Made by a program: the position numbers and the translations under genes
Notes under the pieces: generated by a model
What the model saw: the letters and a program-made list of their open reading frames with translations, nothing else
Databases searched by the model: none
Told to the model about the DNA's origin: nothing
Part shown: piece by piece, positions 12,436-25,194 of the stretch
Numbering within the stretch: position 1 is the first letter of the stretch
How the letters are laid out: each line of letters opens with the position of its first letter
Assembly: GCF_963921235.1 (NCBI RefSeq)
Contig: NC_086106.1
Location: 78,306,001-78,370,000, forward strand
Direction of reading: 5' to 3'
Length of the DNA stretch: 64,000 bases
Source: Mobula hypostoma
Lineage: Eukaryota

Positions 12436-15400
12436 GCTTGAATTTCTTGAAGTTTTCTTCAGCTTATTGAGCTTCTTCAGTGAGGGCAAAAGTGATTACA
12501 GATATTGGAATCTGGAGTAACAAGCAATCTGTTGGAGGAATGAGCAGCATCTGTGGGAGGAAAAATATGCTCAATGTGGCGAAATGTTGATAGTTCCGTT
12601 CCTCCCACAAATGCTGCTTGATCCATCGAGTTGCTCCAGCAGATTGTTGATTGAGCTTCTTCAATGCAGCTACATTGTCAGGCAAGGGGATAATATTCTG
12701 TCATATTCATGAAGGAGATTATTTGGTTGGAACAGAATTGATTGGGACATGTAATGTTTTTGGCCATGGGGTTAACAAGTATAATAGATTTTCAAACTTT
12801 GATATATTAACAACCTGGAAATTCATTTATAGGTAGGGTAATATCAGACATGGAATACTCTCAGGAAAAATGGACAATTACCTTTACTCTTGCACAAATA
12901 ACGTACAAAGTTCACACTTTTGAATCATTAGTAGCCACCTTGTTTAAAGAGGAAATGACCCCATTCACTCCCAGCATACAGCAGCCAGTGCAACGTTCAT
13001 TCCTCAGTTTAGGCATGTGAGGAGTATGAAGTCCTATTTGTCTGCTGCTGTGGAGCATAAATTTTAGAGCAATAGAGTTGATAAGAAATTAATTTTGGAA
13101 CGTTCTTATTTCGAACACAGAGTAGAGATGATGCTAGTAGCCCTTTCCACTACGATACAAATGGGCAATTCATTCCTATTAATCAGTATCAAGCATCATA
13201 TTAAAATGTCAAATTACAACAGATAATGCTGAAAACACACGTCAGAAATACCCAAGGAAAGAAAAATAGTGTTAAATGTTCCAGCTCAAAGACCCTTCAT
13301 CAGTTCTGACAAGTGGTCTTCAACCTGTCTCTGTCTCTTTCTTTGTTAATTGGAAAATTGAAATGAAAATAGAAAATGTTATAAACAGTCTCAGTACTTA
13401 CAAAATTTTCTATTCTCATTTCAATTTTCCAATGTCTGCATTTTTTTATTCAATGAATTGAAAAGTCAAATGATTTTGGAGATTTTTACTGTTCATTAAG
13501 ACTGAGCATCTTAAAAGGATGACATCTTTAACAGATCTAACAAAAAATTCTAAACACTCTTCTCAAAAAAAAACACAGAACTTTCCCCAAGTGGGGATGT
13601 GTATGTCATGTAAATGAGAAATAGAATCAGCTGATAAAATGAGATCTGGAACTTTATCTGACGTGAGCAACTGTCAGAAAAATCACACATCGACTCCTAC
13701 ATTTCCTCTCTTTACTTTTCTCACCTCTGTGTCTAGGTTTACATTTTACATGTAAAGAAACTTTTTAAAAAGGCCGCTTGAAAAGTAAACAAAGTAGTGA
13801 TAGATATTTCTCAGTGCTTCCATCATTGCAGGGACTTGAGTGAATTGGAAACTGATTTTTTTTTATCTTGTTAAAATAGGATTACATGGGTAAAAATTTG
13901 TTAGATAAGAAGGTTTGAGTTGGAGAACTGGGCATGGAAATTACCATGGGGAATTAATGACTGGTACTTCTGAGTACTTTGACTTTTGTGCCAACCTTCT
14001 GATTTGAACTTAGTCTACCTTGAAGCACAGATTATTGAAATATTTACATTTAGTCCTTTTAAATGAATGAATCAAACTGTTTTCCACTTTCCATATATCC
14101 ACTACATGCTGTGCTAACTTTAATTTTGGCTAGCTTATAGTTATTTTCCTTTCATCATGCAAACTGCTAAATAAATTAAAAATAACACAGTAAATACTGG
14201 AATTTCATGTGGACAGAGAAGCAGCGAGAAAAAAAAATTGTTGACCTGACCTCATATCCTTCCTGATGTGCTAAGCATTTCTAGCGCTTTGTTTCATTTC
14301 CATTTTTATATTTCCATTTCACATTTAATATACTTTGTTCCCAGCTAACAATATATACTGAAAAAGAAATAATTATTTTAGCTAATGTTATTTGAGAGTA
14401 TATTATTTATCGGTTCAGCATATTTTTCTCTTGCATTTACAATAATTTTCAGTGCAGGAAAACATTAAAAGATGGGAGTTATGAATGGATACACATTACA
14501 GTGAATGGTATTTTGTTTCATAATTTTAAAGTATTTGTATTTCAATATATGTTTTAATGTTATTAAATTATTTCTATTAAACAATATTGATTTTACTGAA
14601 TTGTTACTTTCATTTTCATTGTATAGGGACTTGAATTTTATTACACGAAGATTGGATTGTAATATTTGATCCTTCTGACTCTTGGTCAGTTTTGGCATTG
14701 GAGTTGAGGTGGGGTGGGATGAAGGTTATACAGAACAAGAAATGTTAAAAAAAAAACTTCCTTTGATTATTTTGAATGATTTAAATTGCTTATTTGAAAG
14801 TCTGTATTTGAAATGTAGATGTCAACATACTGCAAGGTTTTTACACTTGATGCAATCCTCTAACCCAAATAATTACAGCATAAATGGTCACTACCTCAAT
14901 TACAACCTATTGATGCGACCCAGAAGCAAATGTCAGATCCTTCAATCAAAGGTCAAGGCACTTTCTTCAGGCCAGCAAGGGAAAAAAAAACAACTAGGAA
15001 TAAAATCAATACTCCAACCATTAGTTAGATTAACCTTCAATTATTTTTTAGCAATCTTTGGGGCTTTTCTATTTTTAAAGGAAGGTCATAAAGATTTTAG
15101 AATGTATATTTTGGAGGAGAAATTGATTAGTTTATTAATAGACTAGTAATGTAGAAATAAAGGTGAATGAACAAATGACAACTAAGAAATAAATTTACCA
15201 TTTTCTCTCTTCAATTACATTTTACATTTTATCTCACAGTTACACTTAATTTTATCATCTGTTGCAATGGGCAATACAGGGCCCATTGCAACATGCCTTT
15301 TGAGTTTTTGGAAGGAATATTGCACTACTGTATAGAAACATTCTGTTCTTGTTCTCCAACACATTTGCAATAAAGATCAATGTGTTATTTGCCTTCCTAA

Positions 15401-17252
15401 TTGATCATTGCACCTGCATATTAATTCTGTATGATTTAAGTACAAATATGCCAAATCTCTCTCTAAACTAATCTTTAATAATTGTTCTCCAGATTAAACA
15501 TTCTAATTTATTATCCTTCCTATCAAAAACAATAATTGTGGATCTGTCCACAGTATCTTTCCTCATTTACCTACTCATGTAACCTATTTAAGTTTTTCAT
15601 ATTCCCTCTTGAACTTGTTAGTCTATTTTATCACAAAGCTTTGTATCATCAGAAAACATGGATAAATTACATTTTTCCATTGATTTGATTCCTGCATATT
15701 GATCCATTTATTCCCACCCTCAATCTGTTCTCTCCATACTAATCTATTAGCCCTATCTTTCTGCCCTTATCTCGCGCACCAAACTTTACATGACACCATA
15801 TTGTATTTCTTTCGAAAATTTAAATATACCACACTCACTGTCCCTATTTTAGCACCCTCTCAAGATAAACTAATAATGGAAGGATGTCATTGTATTTCTA
15901 TAGAAATTTACTGTAAAAGTAATTTTAATCATCTTACCATGTACAAATAGCAAAACTATTTGGCTTAAGTTTACTGAATCACGGTAGTGTTTAATCATAT
16001 TGGAAATTTTGTCTGTTTAAAATTTAGTCTCATTAAAGTAAAATATTTACCTATCTACTTTTTGAATGGCTCAATACATTATTATCTACTTTTGCTATTT
16101 TTTTTCCTTAGCAGAATCAGAATCTTGTTTATTATCACTAAGATACGCGTGAAATTTGTTGTTTTGCCACAGCAGTACCGTGCAAGTACTATAAGTTACT
16201 GAAGTAACTAGTCTTTATAATTATATGGAAAAATCATAGAATTAAATGTTTGTGACTGTTTATTAGCATATGTTTACAGCAGCTAATAATTTGAAGAATT
16301 AGCAAATGCCAACAACATCTGAATGAATCTTATCAATGTGTGGAATGTGCCTTGTGATTTATTTAAGGAAGTAAGTTACATCTTGGTGATTTGATACATA
16401 TTCTGCAGAGCACCTAGAAGTGCTGCACATAGGCTGATATAGCTGCTGTAACAAAAGATCATGTCTCTTTAATGTAGAAATGATTAATGTAGACGATATG
16501 TGGATGAAGGAAATGATAATCAGGGAACTGAGCTGAATACTGACTCAGGGAATTTATTGCCATAAACTGTGCAAGGTGTATTTTAGTAAATATACAGTGT
16601 ATGGCTGTAGATAAGCAAGAGGAATTTAGAGAATATTTTGGCTTGACCAACTAAATAAGAATAAAAAGCATAATAGAAGTTACAAGTTTTATCACTACAT
16701 GTATTAGTTATTAACTAATTTATAATTCCAAATTTCAATCATGACAAAATGAAACTAACAATATCTTCAAGAAGTTACTAGTTAAAATACCATGTGCAAT
16801 ATTGAATTATATATTTTTGGAGGAATTTTAAAACTTGTGAATGTATAAAACAAATTCCTAACGTTTACTGGTATAGGAAAGAAAAGTATAAGCCATAAGT
16901 TTTTCGTAGGGCAATTCAGATCAGGAGTCTAAACTACAGAAGGATAATAGAAACTGAAGTTGGAACTATTCAGGTCATGCGTATATTACTCGGTGTTCCA
17001 AGGCTTTGCCTAGTTTTATTGTTCAGGATACCATCAAGGTATACTGAAGTGAACCGAGAAGATTAGGAAAATTAGAAAGCAACTAGTTGAGATACCAATT
17101 TGTTAGTTTATTACAATAAAAAGAAAATAATTACAATGTGGCAAGGTAATGACCTCATACACAGAGGACTTCAACTGTCCTAAACTTATGAATATTTTAT
17201 GTTTCAGTGGTATACATCGATATAACTTGTTGGTAGCTATTAATGTAGCAGT

Positions 17253-17404
17253 AATACACACAAAATGCTGGAGAAACTCAGCAGGCAGGAAAAGAGTAAA
17301 CGTCGACTGTTTGCTCTTTGTCATAGATGCTGCCTGGCCGGCTGAGTTCCTCCTACATTTTGTGTGTATTACTTTGATTTCTAGCATTTGTAAATTTTCT
17401 CTTG
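17253..17404. mobile_element. Fold-back Penelope-like mini-element with 13-bp TSD
   Basis: Inverted arms ATACACACAAAATGCTGGAGAAACTCAGC / GCTGAGTTCCTCCTACATTTTGTGTGTAT. TSD TTAATGTAGCAGT at 17240-17252 and 17405-17417. Confidence 0.75.
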
Positions 17405-18443
17405 TTAATGTAGCAGTGATAATAGCATTTTAAAAATGGGGTAATTTTAGTGGAATGATTTTATAAACTTACAAAATATGGATAATTGTAGGTAGCATCT
17501 TGGATTATTCAGTCTGTAAATCATTCACAAAGATAAAAGCAAAAGTCACATTCCCTGCTACTTGAATTATCATTTATTTCAACAAATATACAAAGGATTA
17601 AAATACACTTTGCATATGAATACTGAAATCATGTTCCTTACTGCAGTATCTACAGTATTAATCATTTTTAATTTGCCATACAGAGGTAAATTGTGTCACA
17701 TCTAAATTTGTCATTGGTTTCATGTGCCCAATATATTGACTGACATTAGTATGCTTTTCACAAAGTTCAAGCTGTATAAAGAAACTAGTAATTAAAATTT
17801 CCAGTGTTAGTTCATCATGACTTTAATTATCAGATAGACTTAGTCCAAAGTTTGCGTGTTCCAACCCAACTCTGTAAATTGAGCATATAGACCAGGCTGA
17901 CATCTTAGCACAGCATAGTACATGAGTTCTGAACAAGATGTTAAACTGAGATTTTAGTTGCCTATTCAATTGCCTCAGTTAGGTATTAAGTCATGAACAT
18001 TAATTGGTCAAATGCAATATTGCACAGGTGCTGCTGTAAATTCAGCAAAAAGAACTTTGATGAAGGACCATTAGAAAGTTATCTCTCCCTCTCTCTCTCT
18101 CACTTCATATATGCTGCCTGAAATTGAGAGTATTTTCATCATTGACTTAATTGGTCATTTATTTTAAGGCTCTTTTTGGAACTTTATTGTGTATGGAATG
18201 CCTGCCACACTTCCCCACGGAAAAGTATTTAGCAGTTTATAATGTGGGTTGAATGTCCTCTGAGATGATATATAAATGAAAGTTACTATTTTAACAAAGT
18301 TCACTAATTGAACTAATGCAAAGCACTTTTAAACTTTTGAGTCTTGATAAAGTAAATTCATTTACATATCACAGATGAATATAAAGGAAGTGAGTGATTG
18401 ATCTTGCAACTTCTTTTAAAATCTAAACTTTTTTATTATAATC

Positions 18444-18750
18444 GGGGAAATTTCTTTAATTTCAATCAATCATCATTTTAAAAAATCCAGTTCATTTTGA
18501 AGAAATTCCCCAGGAATAGTGTGGTAAACTTGCCACTTTCTAACAGGCAAACATGTCAGGAAATGTCCTGAATGAGAATGACTTTCAGTTCGACTGCCTC
18601 CAGTTTCATATCAGCCATATGCAGAGATGACATGAATTTTGAGGTAGTGTCCCTAAGTGACTGGGGAAACCCCAGCTTTGACTAACAGCAACGGAGCAGC
18701 CTCTGAGCAAGTCAGGGGGCTGGACCAGGGGATTTCACCCAGCTATATAT
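18444..18750 (+). promoter_or_regulatory. Candidate Pol II promoter of the pri-miR-222 host transcript
   Basis: kB-like sites GGGGAAATTTCT (18444), AGAAATTCCCC (18501), GGGGAAACCCC (18663) and GGGGATTTCACC (18728); AP-1-like TGACTAA (18679); TATATAT (18744). A consensus donor CAG|GTAAGT follows at 19032/19033. Confidence 0.5.
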
Positions 18751-18774
18751 CCTACATATTAATAGCTTGGATTG

Positions 18775-19032
18775 GGGCTGCTCAGAAAGGCTGATACACA
18801 GCTGAACAGACTGTCACACAGTAAAGCACACAACAGCATCTCTACAATCTCCTGCTCTTTTCTGTGAAAGACTTGCCTGAACCCAGTGAATACTCTCCAG
18901 CCCTTGCTCCGAGTTTGAAATTTATCTGCAACGAATGAATGCTCTAAGTACTGTTTCATTCTCTGCATCTCTAGTAAAGGAACAGCTTATCTTTGGAGTT
19001 GAGATATTCTCTATTGTCAGCAGCTTTAACAG
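18775..19032 (+). ncRNA. Putative exon 1 of the miR-222 host transcript (5' end estimated from the TATA position)
   Basis: Unique sequence ending in the perfect donor CAG|GTAAGT. A strong acceptor TTTTTTGTTCTTTTTTCCAG| lies at 21201, 46 nt before the miRNA hairpin. Confidence 0.45.
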
Positions 19033-21247
19033 GTAAGTTACAATTTATAACATTTTTTTACCAAAGAAAATTTAAAATCTATTCCAGGTAAAATAGAATA
19101 CATTATTTTTGATATATACTGGGATTGCTAAAATTAATTTACTCAAAGTAATTGGTTCATTTTTTATAATCGTTATCTGTGGTAGCATGCAACAATATAA
19201 TGCATCTCTGAGCTATACTGTTCGATAACTGGCACATGTTCAGAGTGTTGGATGGCCTGTGTAACATTGTATACGACTTCTGCATATTACATTGTTCTGT
19301 CCAATATGAGCAACATACCTTTCAATATTCTTCCTTCTCCTATGCATCTTTCTTCCAAGATGCTTTGTTTAATGCACTGGCCAATCCATACATCTAACTT
19401 TCCTGTTTTTGGCAGCTTAGCTGTAAGAAATATTGAGCTACTTAGCTCTACAGACCATACACCTAGAATGTTAAAGAAGGCTTGTAAAATATTCAATTAG
19501 AAGGATAAACATTGACATCTGTTTTCTGTTTGTGCAATAGGCACAGGAAACAGACAAAAGCAGTTTCAATGAAAAGCTGTATTACACAGATGCTTCAGAC
19601 AGCCACATCAACCACAAACAGCATCTTAACACCTGCCGATGTAAACAAAGCCGGCTCATTTTCTGCCTGGGTGTTTACATGCTTCACAGTTGTGCAATCA
19701 ACATAACTTGAGTTCAATCCGCTGTCTTTTCAGTGCAGTAGGCAAGTTTCTGACCAAGAAAATCCTTGAAGTCGCTCTTGGTATGTAAAATTAGTAACAA
19801 AGAGGTTCCATGTGTAAGTAGCTAAAATGGTTTATGATATTCAAAAGCAAATTGGTAAAAGATGACAAACTGCTAAAATTGGCATTTGCAGATGAATGGA
19901 AGACTAATGGTTTAGGATTAATTCCAGAAGGAGCACTAATGATGTGTATTGCTCTGTAACATTTTCTGATGGAAGTTGGGTTGGATGATGTCATTTTCAT
20001 GTTAAGTTTCCAAACATGGAAAAAACTGTCCAACAACTTCTTTGTGCTGTGTGATCATTTCCTTTATCTTATTCTGATTTAGTTGCTCTAAAATAATGAT
20101 TATAACTTTAAAGAAATTAGATACACGTTATATTTCCAGTGGCTTCTGCACATGTAAAAACATTAACTAGCAGCTGTCAAATTCATCATAGTTGACTGAA
20201 GAAGCCATTTCTCTTTGATTCCCCAGGGCAAATTTCATCACATCAGTACAGAGGCCTAGTTTGCAAGACGAATCAAATCTGTTCAAAATAGTAAAAGACC
20301 CTTGCCTTGGTTTGACCAAATTCTGCATTCTTCTGTTGAGATCCTAAATGTTTTGTGGCATGACATTGTAACTGAAATAATTCTCCCAGCAGAGAACGAT
20401 TCACAGGAGGGTCTTGCCCAAAGTTAGAATGGAAAAACAACATACAGCAGGGAACACTAAAATTTTGATTCATTAGAAGAAGAGTGGTCAAGAAATTGAA
20501 GTTGAAGTCTATGGTCATCAGCTTCCATCTGTATTTTTACAGATGCTCTTGTTTAGTCATCTGCATTCTTGCATGGAAGAGCATGATTTTATCTCAATTA
20601 AAGTAAAATTAAAACCACTCCCAAATTACTTTGATAATTTTATTTGTAAATTGTGCATCAGATTCAGATAATATTGGTATTCTCTTTTAATTTGCCCTTT
20701 AAAGTTATCTCCACAAACAATACTGCTTTTATGACTTGTATTTTGCGGAAATTCCTTACAACATCTGTTCCTTTCCTGTGGGTAAATCAATGTCTGCAAA
20801 GCCATCTAACACAGATGAAGCAAATGAAAATGTTTTTGACTTACTGTCTGTTTTGTTCGACTTCTGAAAAAAAACAGGTTATAAAAAACTGCATACTACA
20901 ATAAATTATGAAAGGAAAATGTTGCCGATCAGTTTCAATCAAGATGAAACTACCAAAAGGATCAAACCTCTGAGCAGTTCCATTGAAATGACAGAACAGT
21001 ACTACTCTGTTGCATCATTCAGGAAAATTTTTGCCTCCAGATTCAACTGTTGAACATTATAGTGTATTCCTTTAAGGTTAATTTTGATATGATACTTGAA
21101 CTTCTGTTTGACATTAATCCCTGTGGTTTTATTTGTCCATTGGTCTTGGGTTTAATTTGATCTGTTAATTTATCCTTGTTATTTTTTGTTCTTTTTTCCA
21201 GAATAAAATCACACTTCAGCAGTACGATCACTAAGCACCGGAGAAAA

Positions 21248-21334
21248 GGTGTCAATCAGTTGCTCAGTAGCTGGTGTAGGATCTGTTTCACAATTGCTAC
21301 AGCTACATCTGGTTACTGGGTCTCTGGTGGCATC
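21248..21334 (+). ncRNA. MIR222: microRNA precursor of the miR-221/222 family, probably the mir-222b paralogue; 3p about 21301-21324, 5p about 21261-21283
   Basis: AGCTACATCTGGTTACTGGGTCTC differs from miR-222-3p at one position (C13>T) with the seed intact. The 5p arm TGCTCAGTAGCTGGTGTAGGATC pairs with it. There is a lower stem (GGTGTCA/TGGCATC), an apical UGU at 21284 and a CNNC motif (CTAC, 21341-21344) 17 nt after the 3p end. Confidence 0.95.
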
Positions 21335-21904
21335 ACTTAACTACCTATCACAGGGATCAAGAAAAACCACTTGAAAAACTTGCAGTTATGCTTGGAACAT
21401 GACAGTGATATTACCTTGCATGTTTAATTTTATACCCAAAATTTCTAACTTTAGAACTGGAATTTATAATCAGCATCCATACCATGAATCGTTCTCCTTT
21501 TCATGGAAATGAATAGCCCAGATACCAATGCCATAGCACAGAATGTTCTGACAACTGCTCATTACAAGCGCACAGCCTTTTCTTTGCACGTCATTAATTA
21601 TTAAAGGATCATGATCATTCAGAGATGTCAGTTTATAAAACACTTTGTTGCTATCAGCTGAGGAACTTTTGACTGGCACACAAAATCAATGGCAATCAAA
21701 AGTCTAGAGGAAATGCGATTGTTCTGAAATGTTGGCTCTGTTTATCACTCCACAGGTCCTAATCTGCTCTGCATTTCTGGCAATTTTCTGTTTTAACTTC
21801 AACAACAAGGTCCTTTTACAGTATGAAAGCTTAGAATTCAAATACTGATAGCATGATGCTAGAATCTTACATTAATAAAGAAGGTTCTTTAAGGTAATCA
21901 TAGC

Positions 21905-22450
21905 TGGGAGTGGGGTGGGGATAATTAAATTCTCCCTTTGGCAGGCATCTCAAATAGCCTCTGACAACCAAGTCCAGCTCTTGGCCATCATGTATGGCTT
22001 ACCTACTAAGCCCAGCAGAACCGTTTTTACTGACAGGAGAAGGGGCAAAGGTGTGTTACTGGCGCCTTAAAACCATTCGCTTCAGCCAGATGGAGCTTGT
22101 CAGCCGTGGTTGGCAGCTTATCGAGGAGAAGGAAAACCCTGATCTCAAACCTCTGCTGCCTTGCAGCTCTACCCACTCGTGGCGTAGGCTTCGGGAGTGA
22201 ACCCCAAGGGAAAACCCTGAGCTGCAGTCCCCGAACAGTCCGACATTGTGTTCAATGCTGGCTGACATTCCCCCGTGATGCTGCTTGTACCAAGCTGTAC
22301 TGAACTCTGCTGTTGCTTTGGATTCATCAGCTGTGTGGGGAGGGGGAGCCTGCTGCATGGGCAACAGCCTGCTCTCTCTATCGTACTGCCCTGGCTTGTG
22401 TATCACGTAGACAGTTAGGATGCAACATCCATGGTCGATCCTGGCCAATG
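21905..22450 (+). mobile_element. Interspersed repeat resembling an RTE-clade LINE 5' region
   Basis: GC-richer block in AT-rich flanks with no credible ORF. The family assignment is from recalled resemblance only. Confidence 0.4.
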
Positions 22451-23854
22451 GAGGGCCTCAAATTTAGAAAGCAAGCAGTTCAAATGATGAAGCAGGATTC
22501 ACGGAGTTCCTTCAACCTGTACTGAAGAGATTAGTCTCTATGGTGTTCATTATTCTTTAGAATCCTTCACCAAACTCTCTGACTCTGCATATCATTGTTA
22601 ATGCAAATCTGCACTAGGGCCTTTAGCTCCAAACTTCATTATTTCACCACACTATTGCACGAATGATTGTAACTATATCGTTTCACTCTTGCATGTAAAT
22701 ATTATTGTCCTCTATACAGTAACTTAGTCTGAGTCACTGAGGCACGAGTGTCTTTAATGTAAGCTCAGTGGTGGCTATTAGACCTCGGGAGTATTCCCCT
22801 GAAAGGACTTTTCTGATTCCTCCCCAGTGCTTACTTCTGAATTCTGATGGAATTACCCTCTGTGTCATTGGGCCCACTACGTCTGACGTATGACTCTCCA
22901 CTTTGCAAAGTAAACACATCACTTACACAAAAACAATAAAGTCTTCTTGCATAACAGGAAATAACATTTGCTTATCACAATGTTACATTATTAGTCATTA
23001 CAATTTTTGTACAAACAGATTTTTTGCTCATGTAATCAGAATTCCCACATAAGAAGCCGTTGAAAAGACTTTGGCAGCCAAGGCTAGATAAATGACAAAT
23101 ATGTTTTTAAAAAGTTTGAATTATTTATTACATAATAAAAGTTATTAGAAATTGTATATGGTGTTGTTCATTATAGTTTTGAAAATATGTATTCTTTCTA
23201 ATGTATCTTCGGCACTTTTGCCATTATGCTGTCATTCTATTGATCTCTCCTATTGGTTGAAAAGCAAAAAAGAATGTTGATGCTGGAAATCTGAAATATA
23301 AGCAGAAACTGCTCTAGATATTCTGCAGTTGCTGAGTGTGCTCAGGAAGCATCTAAGGAAAGAGAAACAGTTAGTGCCTCAGGGGTTGCTAAACATTCAC
23401 CAAGACCATCAACCAATGTGATTGCCACAAACCATAAGATAAACAAAGCAGCAACAGGTTTGCCAGTAATTTCAGTGCTTCTGTTAGCAAGGTGTCCCTT
23501 ATAACTGTGGATATTCCTAATGGGCTATCACTGCCTCATCTACTCAGCTACGACTGAAAGGAAGAATGCTATGGGCAAGAGAAGCTCATCAATTCATAGT
23601 ACAGCATCATCTTCTGGAATTTTTTCTACCATGTACTTATCAGTGCACGTTACTTGATGAAGAACTTCTCAGAACTTAGAGCCAAGCATTCAGCCAGGAT
23701 CTTTGGCTGGAGTTGCCAGTCTTCTAGTGATTTGGACACCACATTTAAGTCGGTCAAGGTATATAATATCAAACTGAATATGACCATTAGCCATCTTGTA
23801 CAGCCAGTGCAACCAATCTTTTAAACAGTGATATTATAATCACCATCACCACAG

Positions 23855-24214
23855 GCTGATGGGTATAGATAGAGTGAATGCAAGCAGGCTTTTTCCACTG
23901 AGGCAAGGGGAGAAAAAAACCAGAGGACATGGTTTAAGGGTGAGGGGGGAAAAGTTTAAAGGGAACATTAGGGGGGCTTCTTCACACAGAGAGTGGTGGG
24001 AGTATGGAATGAGCTGCCAGATGAGGTAGTAAATGCGGGTTCTTTTTTAACATTTAAGAATAAATTGGATGGATACATGGATGGGAGGTGTACGGAGGGA
24101 TATGGTCCGTGTGCAGGTCAGTGGGACTAGGCAGAAAATGGTTCGGCACAGCCAGGAAGGGCCAAAAGGCCTGTTTCTGTGCTGTAGTTTCTATGGTTTC
24201 TATGGTTTCTATGG
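23855..24214 (+). mobile_element. CR1 LINE 3' end
   Basis: Encodes ...FFTQRVVGVWNELP... and ends in a (TTTCTATGG)3 tail. Confidence 0.85.
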
Positions 24215-24968
24215 TGTGCTTAGTCCCCTGCTCTACTTGCTTTATACCTACGCACAGCTCCAGTATATTAATTAAATTTGCTGACGACACCAATGTCATT
24301 GGCCGGATCAAAGGTGGTGATTCGGAGGAAGGTAGAAAGTCTGGCTGAATGCTGCCACAATAACAACTTCTCACTCAATGTCAGCGAAACCGAAGAGCTG
24401 ATTATTGATTACTGGAGCAGGAAACCGGAGGTCCATGAGCCTGTCCTCCTCAGGGGATCAGTGGTGGAGAGGGTCAGCAACTTTAAGTTCCTCAGTGTTA
24501 TCATTTCAGAGGATCTGCCCTGGCTCCTGTACGTAAGCACCATTACAAGGAAGCTATAGCAGCGTCCCCTACTTTCATCGAAGTTTGCGAAGAATCAGCA
24601 TGTCATCTAGAACTTTGACAAACATCGATAGGTGCACAGTGGAGAAGTTTACTGACTGGTTCCAACATGGCTTGGTATAAGAACATAAGAAATAGGAGCA
24701 GGAGTCGGCCATCTGGCCCATCGAGCCTGCTCTACCATTCAATAAGATCATGGCTGATCTGGCCATTGACTCATCTCCACCTACCTGCCTTCTCCCCACA
24801 ACCCTTAATTCCCCTACTATGCAAAAATCTATCCAAAATCTATCTATGTAAGAACCAACGCCCTTGAATGAAAAAAAAACAAAAAAAGTAGTGGATACAG
24901 ACCAATCCATCACAGGTAAAGACCTCCCTACCATTGTGCACATCTACAATGAGCACCACATTTACAGA

Positions 24969-25189
24969 AACACTCACAACACGCTGGAGAAACTCAGCAG
25001 GTCGGGCAGCATCCGTGGAAATGATGAGTCAACGTTTTGGGCTGGAACCCCTCATTAGGAGTCCTGACGAAGGGTTCCGGCCCGAAACGTTGACTCATCA
25101 TTTCCACGGATGCTGCCCGACCTGCTGAGTTTCTCCAGCGTGTTGTGAGTGTTGCTTTGACCCCAGCACCTGCAGATTATTTTGTGTTT
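24969..25189. mobile_element. Fold-back Penelope-like mini-element, 92-bp arms, 14-bp TSD
   Basis: 24969-25060 is the reverse complement of 25062-25153 with 5 mismatches. TSD ACCACATTTACAGA at 24955-24968 and 25190-25203. Confidence 0.85.
25059..25096 (+). ncRNA. Minimal type I hammerhead ribozyme motif (PLE-associated)
   Basis: Stem I GAGTC/GACTC, core CTGACGA, stem II GGGT-TCCG-GCCC, GAAA, a palindromic ACGT in place of stem III, and predicted cleavage triplet GTT. Confidence 0.7.
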
Positions 25190-25194
25190 ACCAC

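Noticed and set aside
12668-12683. AGCTACATTGTC, matching the first 12 nt of miR-221-3p
   Set aside because: The match stops after 12 nt, there is no complementary 5p arm, and it abuts a repeat fragment.
21225-21280. Frame reading SLSTGEKVSISCSVAG, resembling an Ig V framework 1
   Set aside because: No downstream Trp, second Cys or RSS; the sequence is explained by the miR-222 hairpin.
21970-22050. Possible ribozyme (HDV-like or twister-like) in the RTE-like repeat
   Set aside because: Some local pairing is visible, but I could not assemble a full catalytic fold in this copy. An Infernal search on the family consensus would decide.
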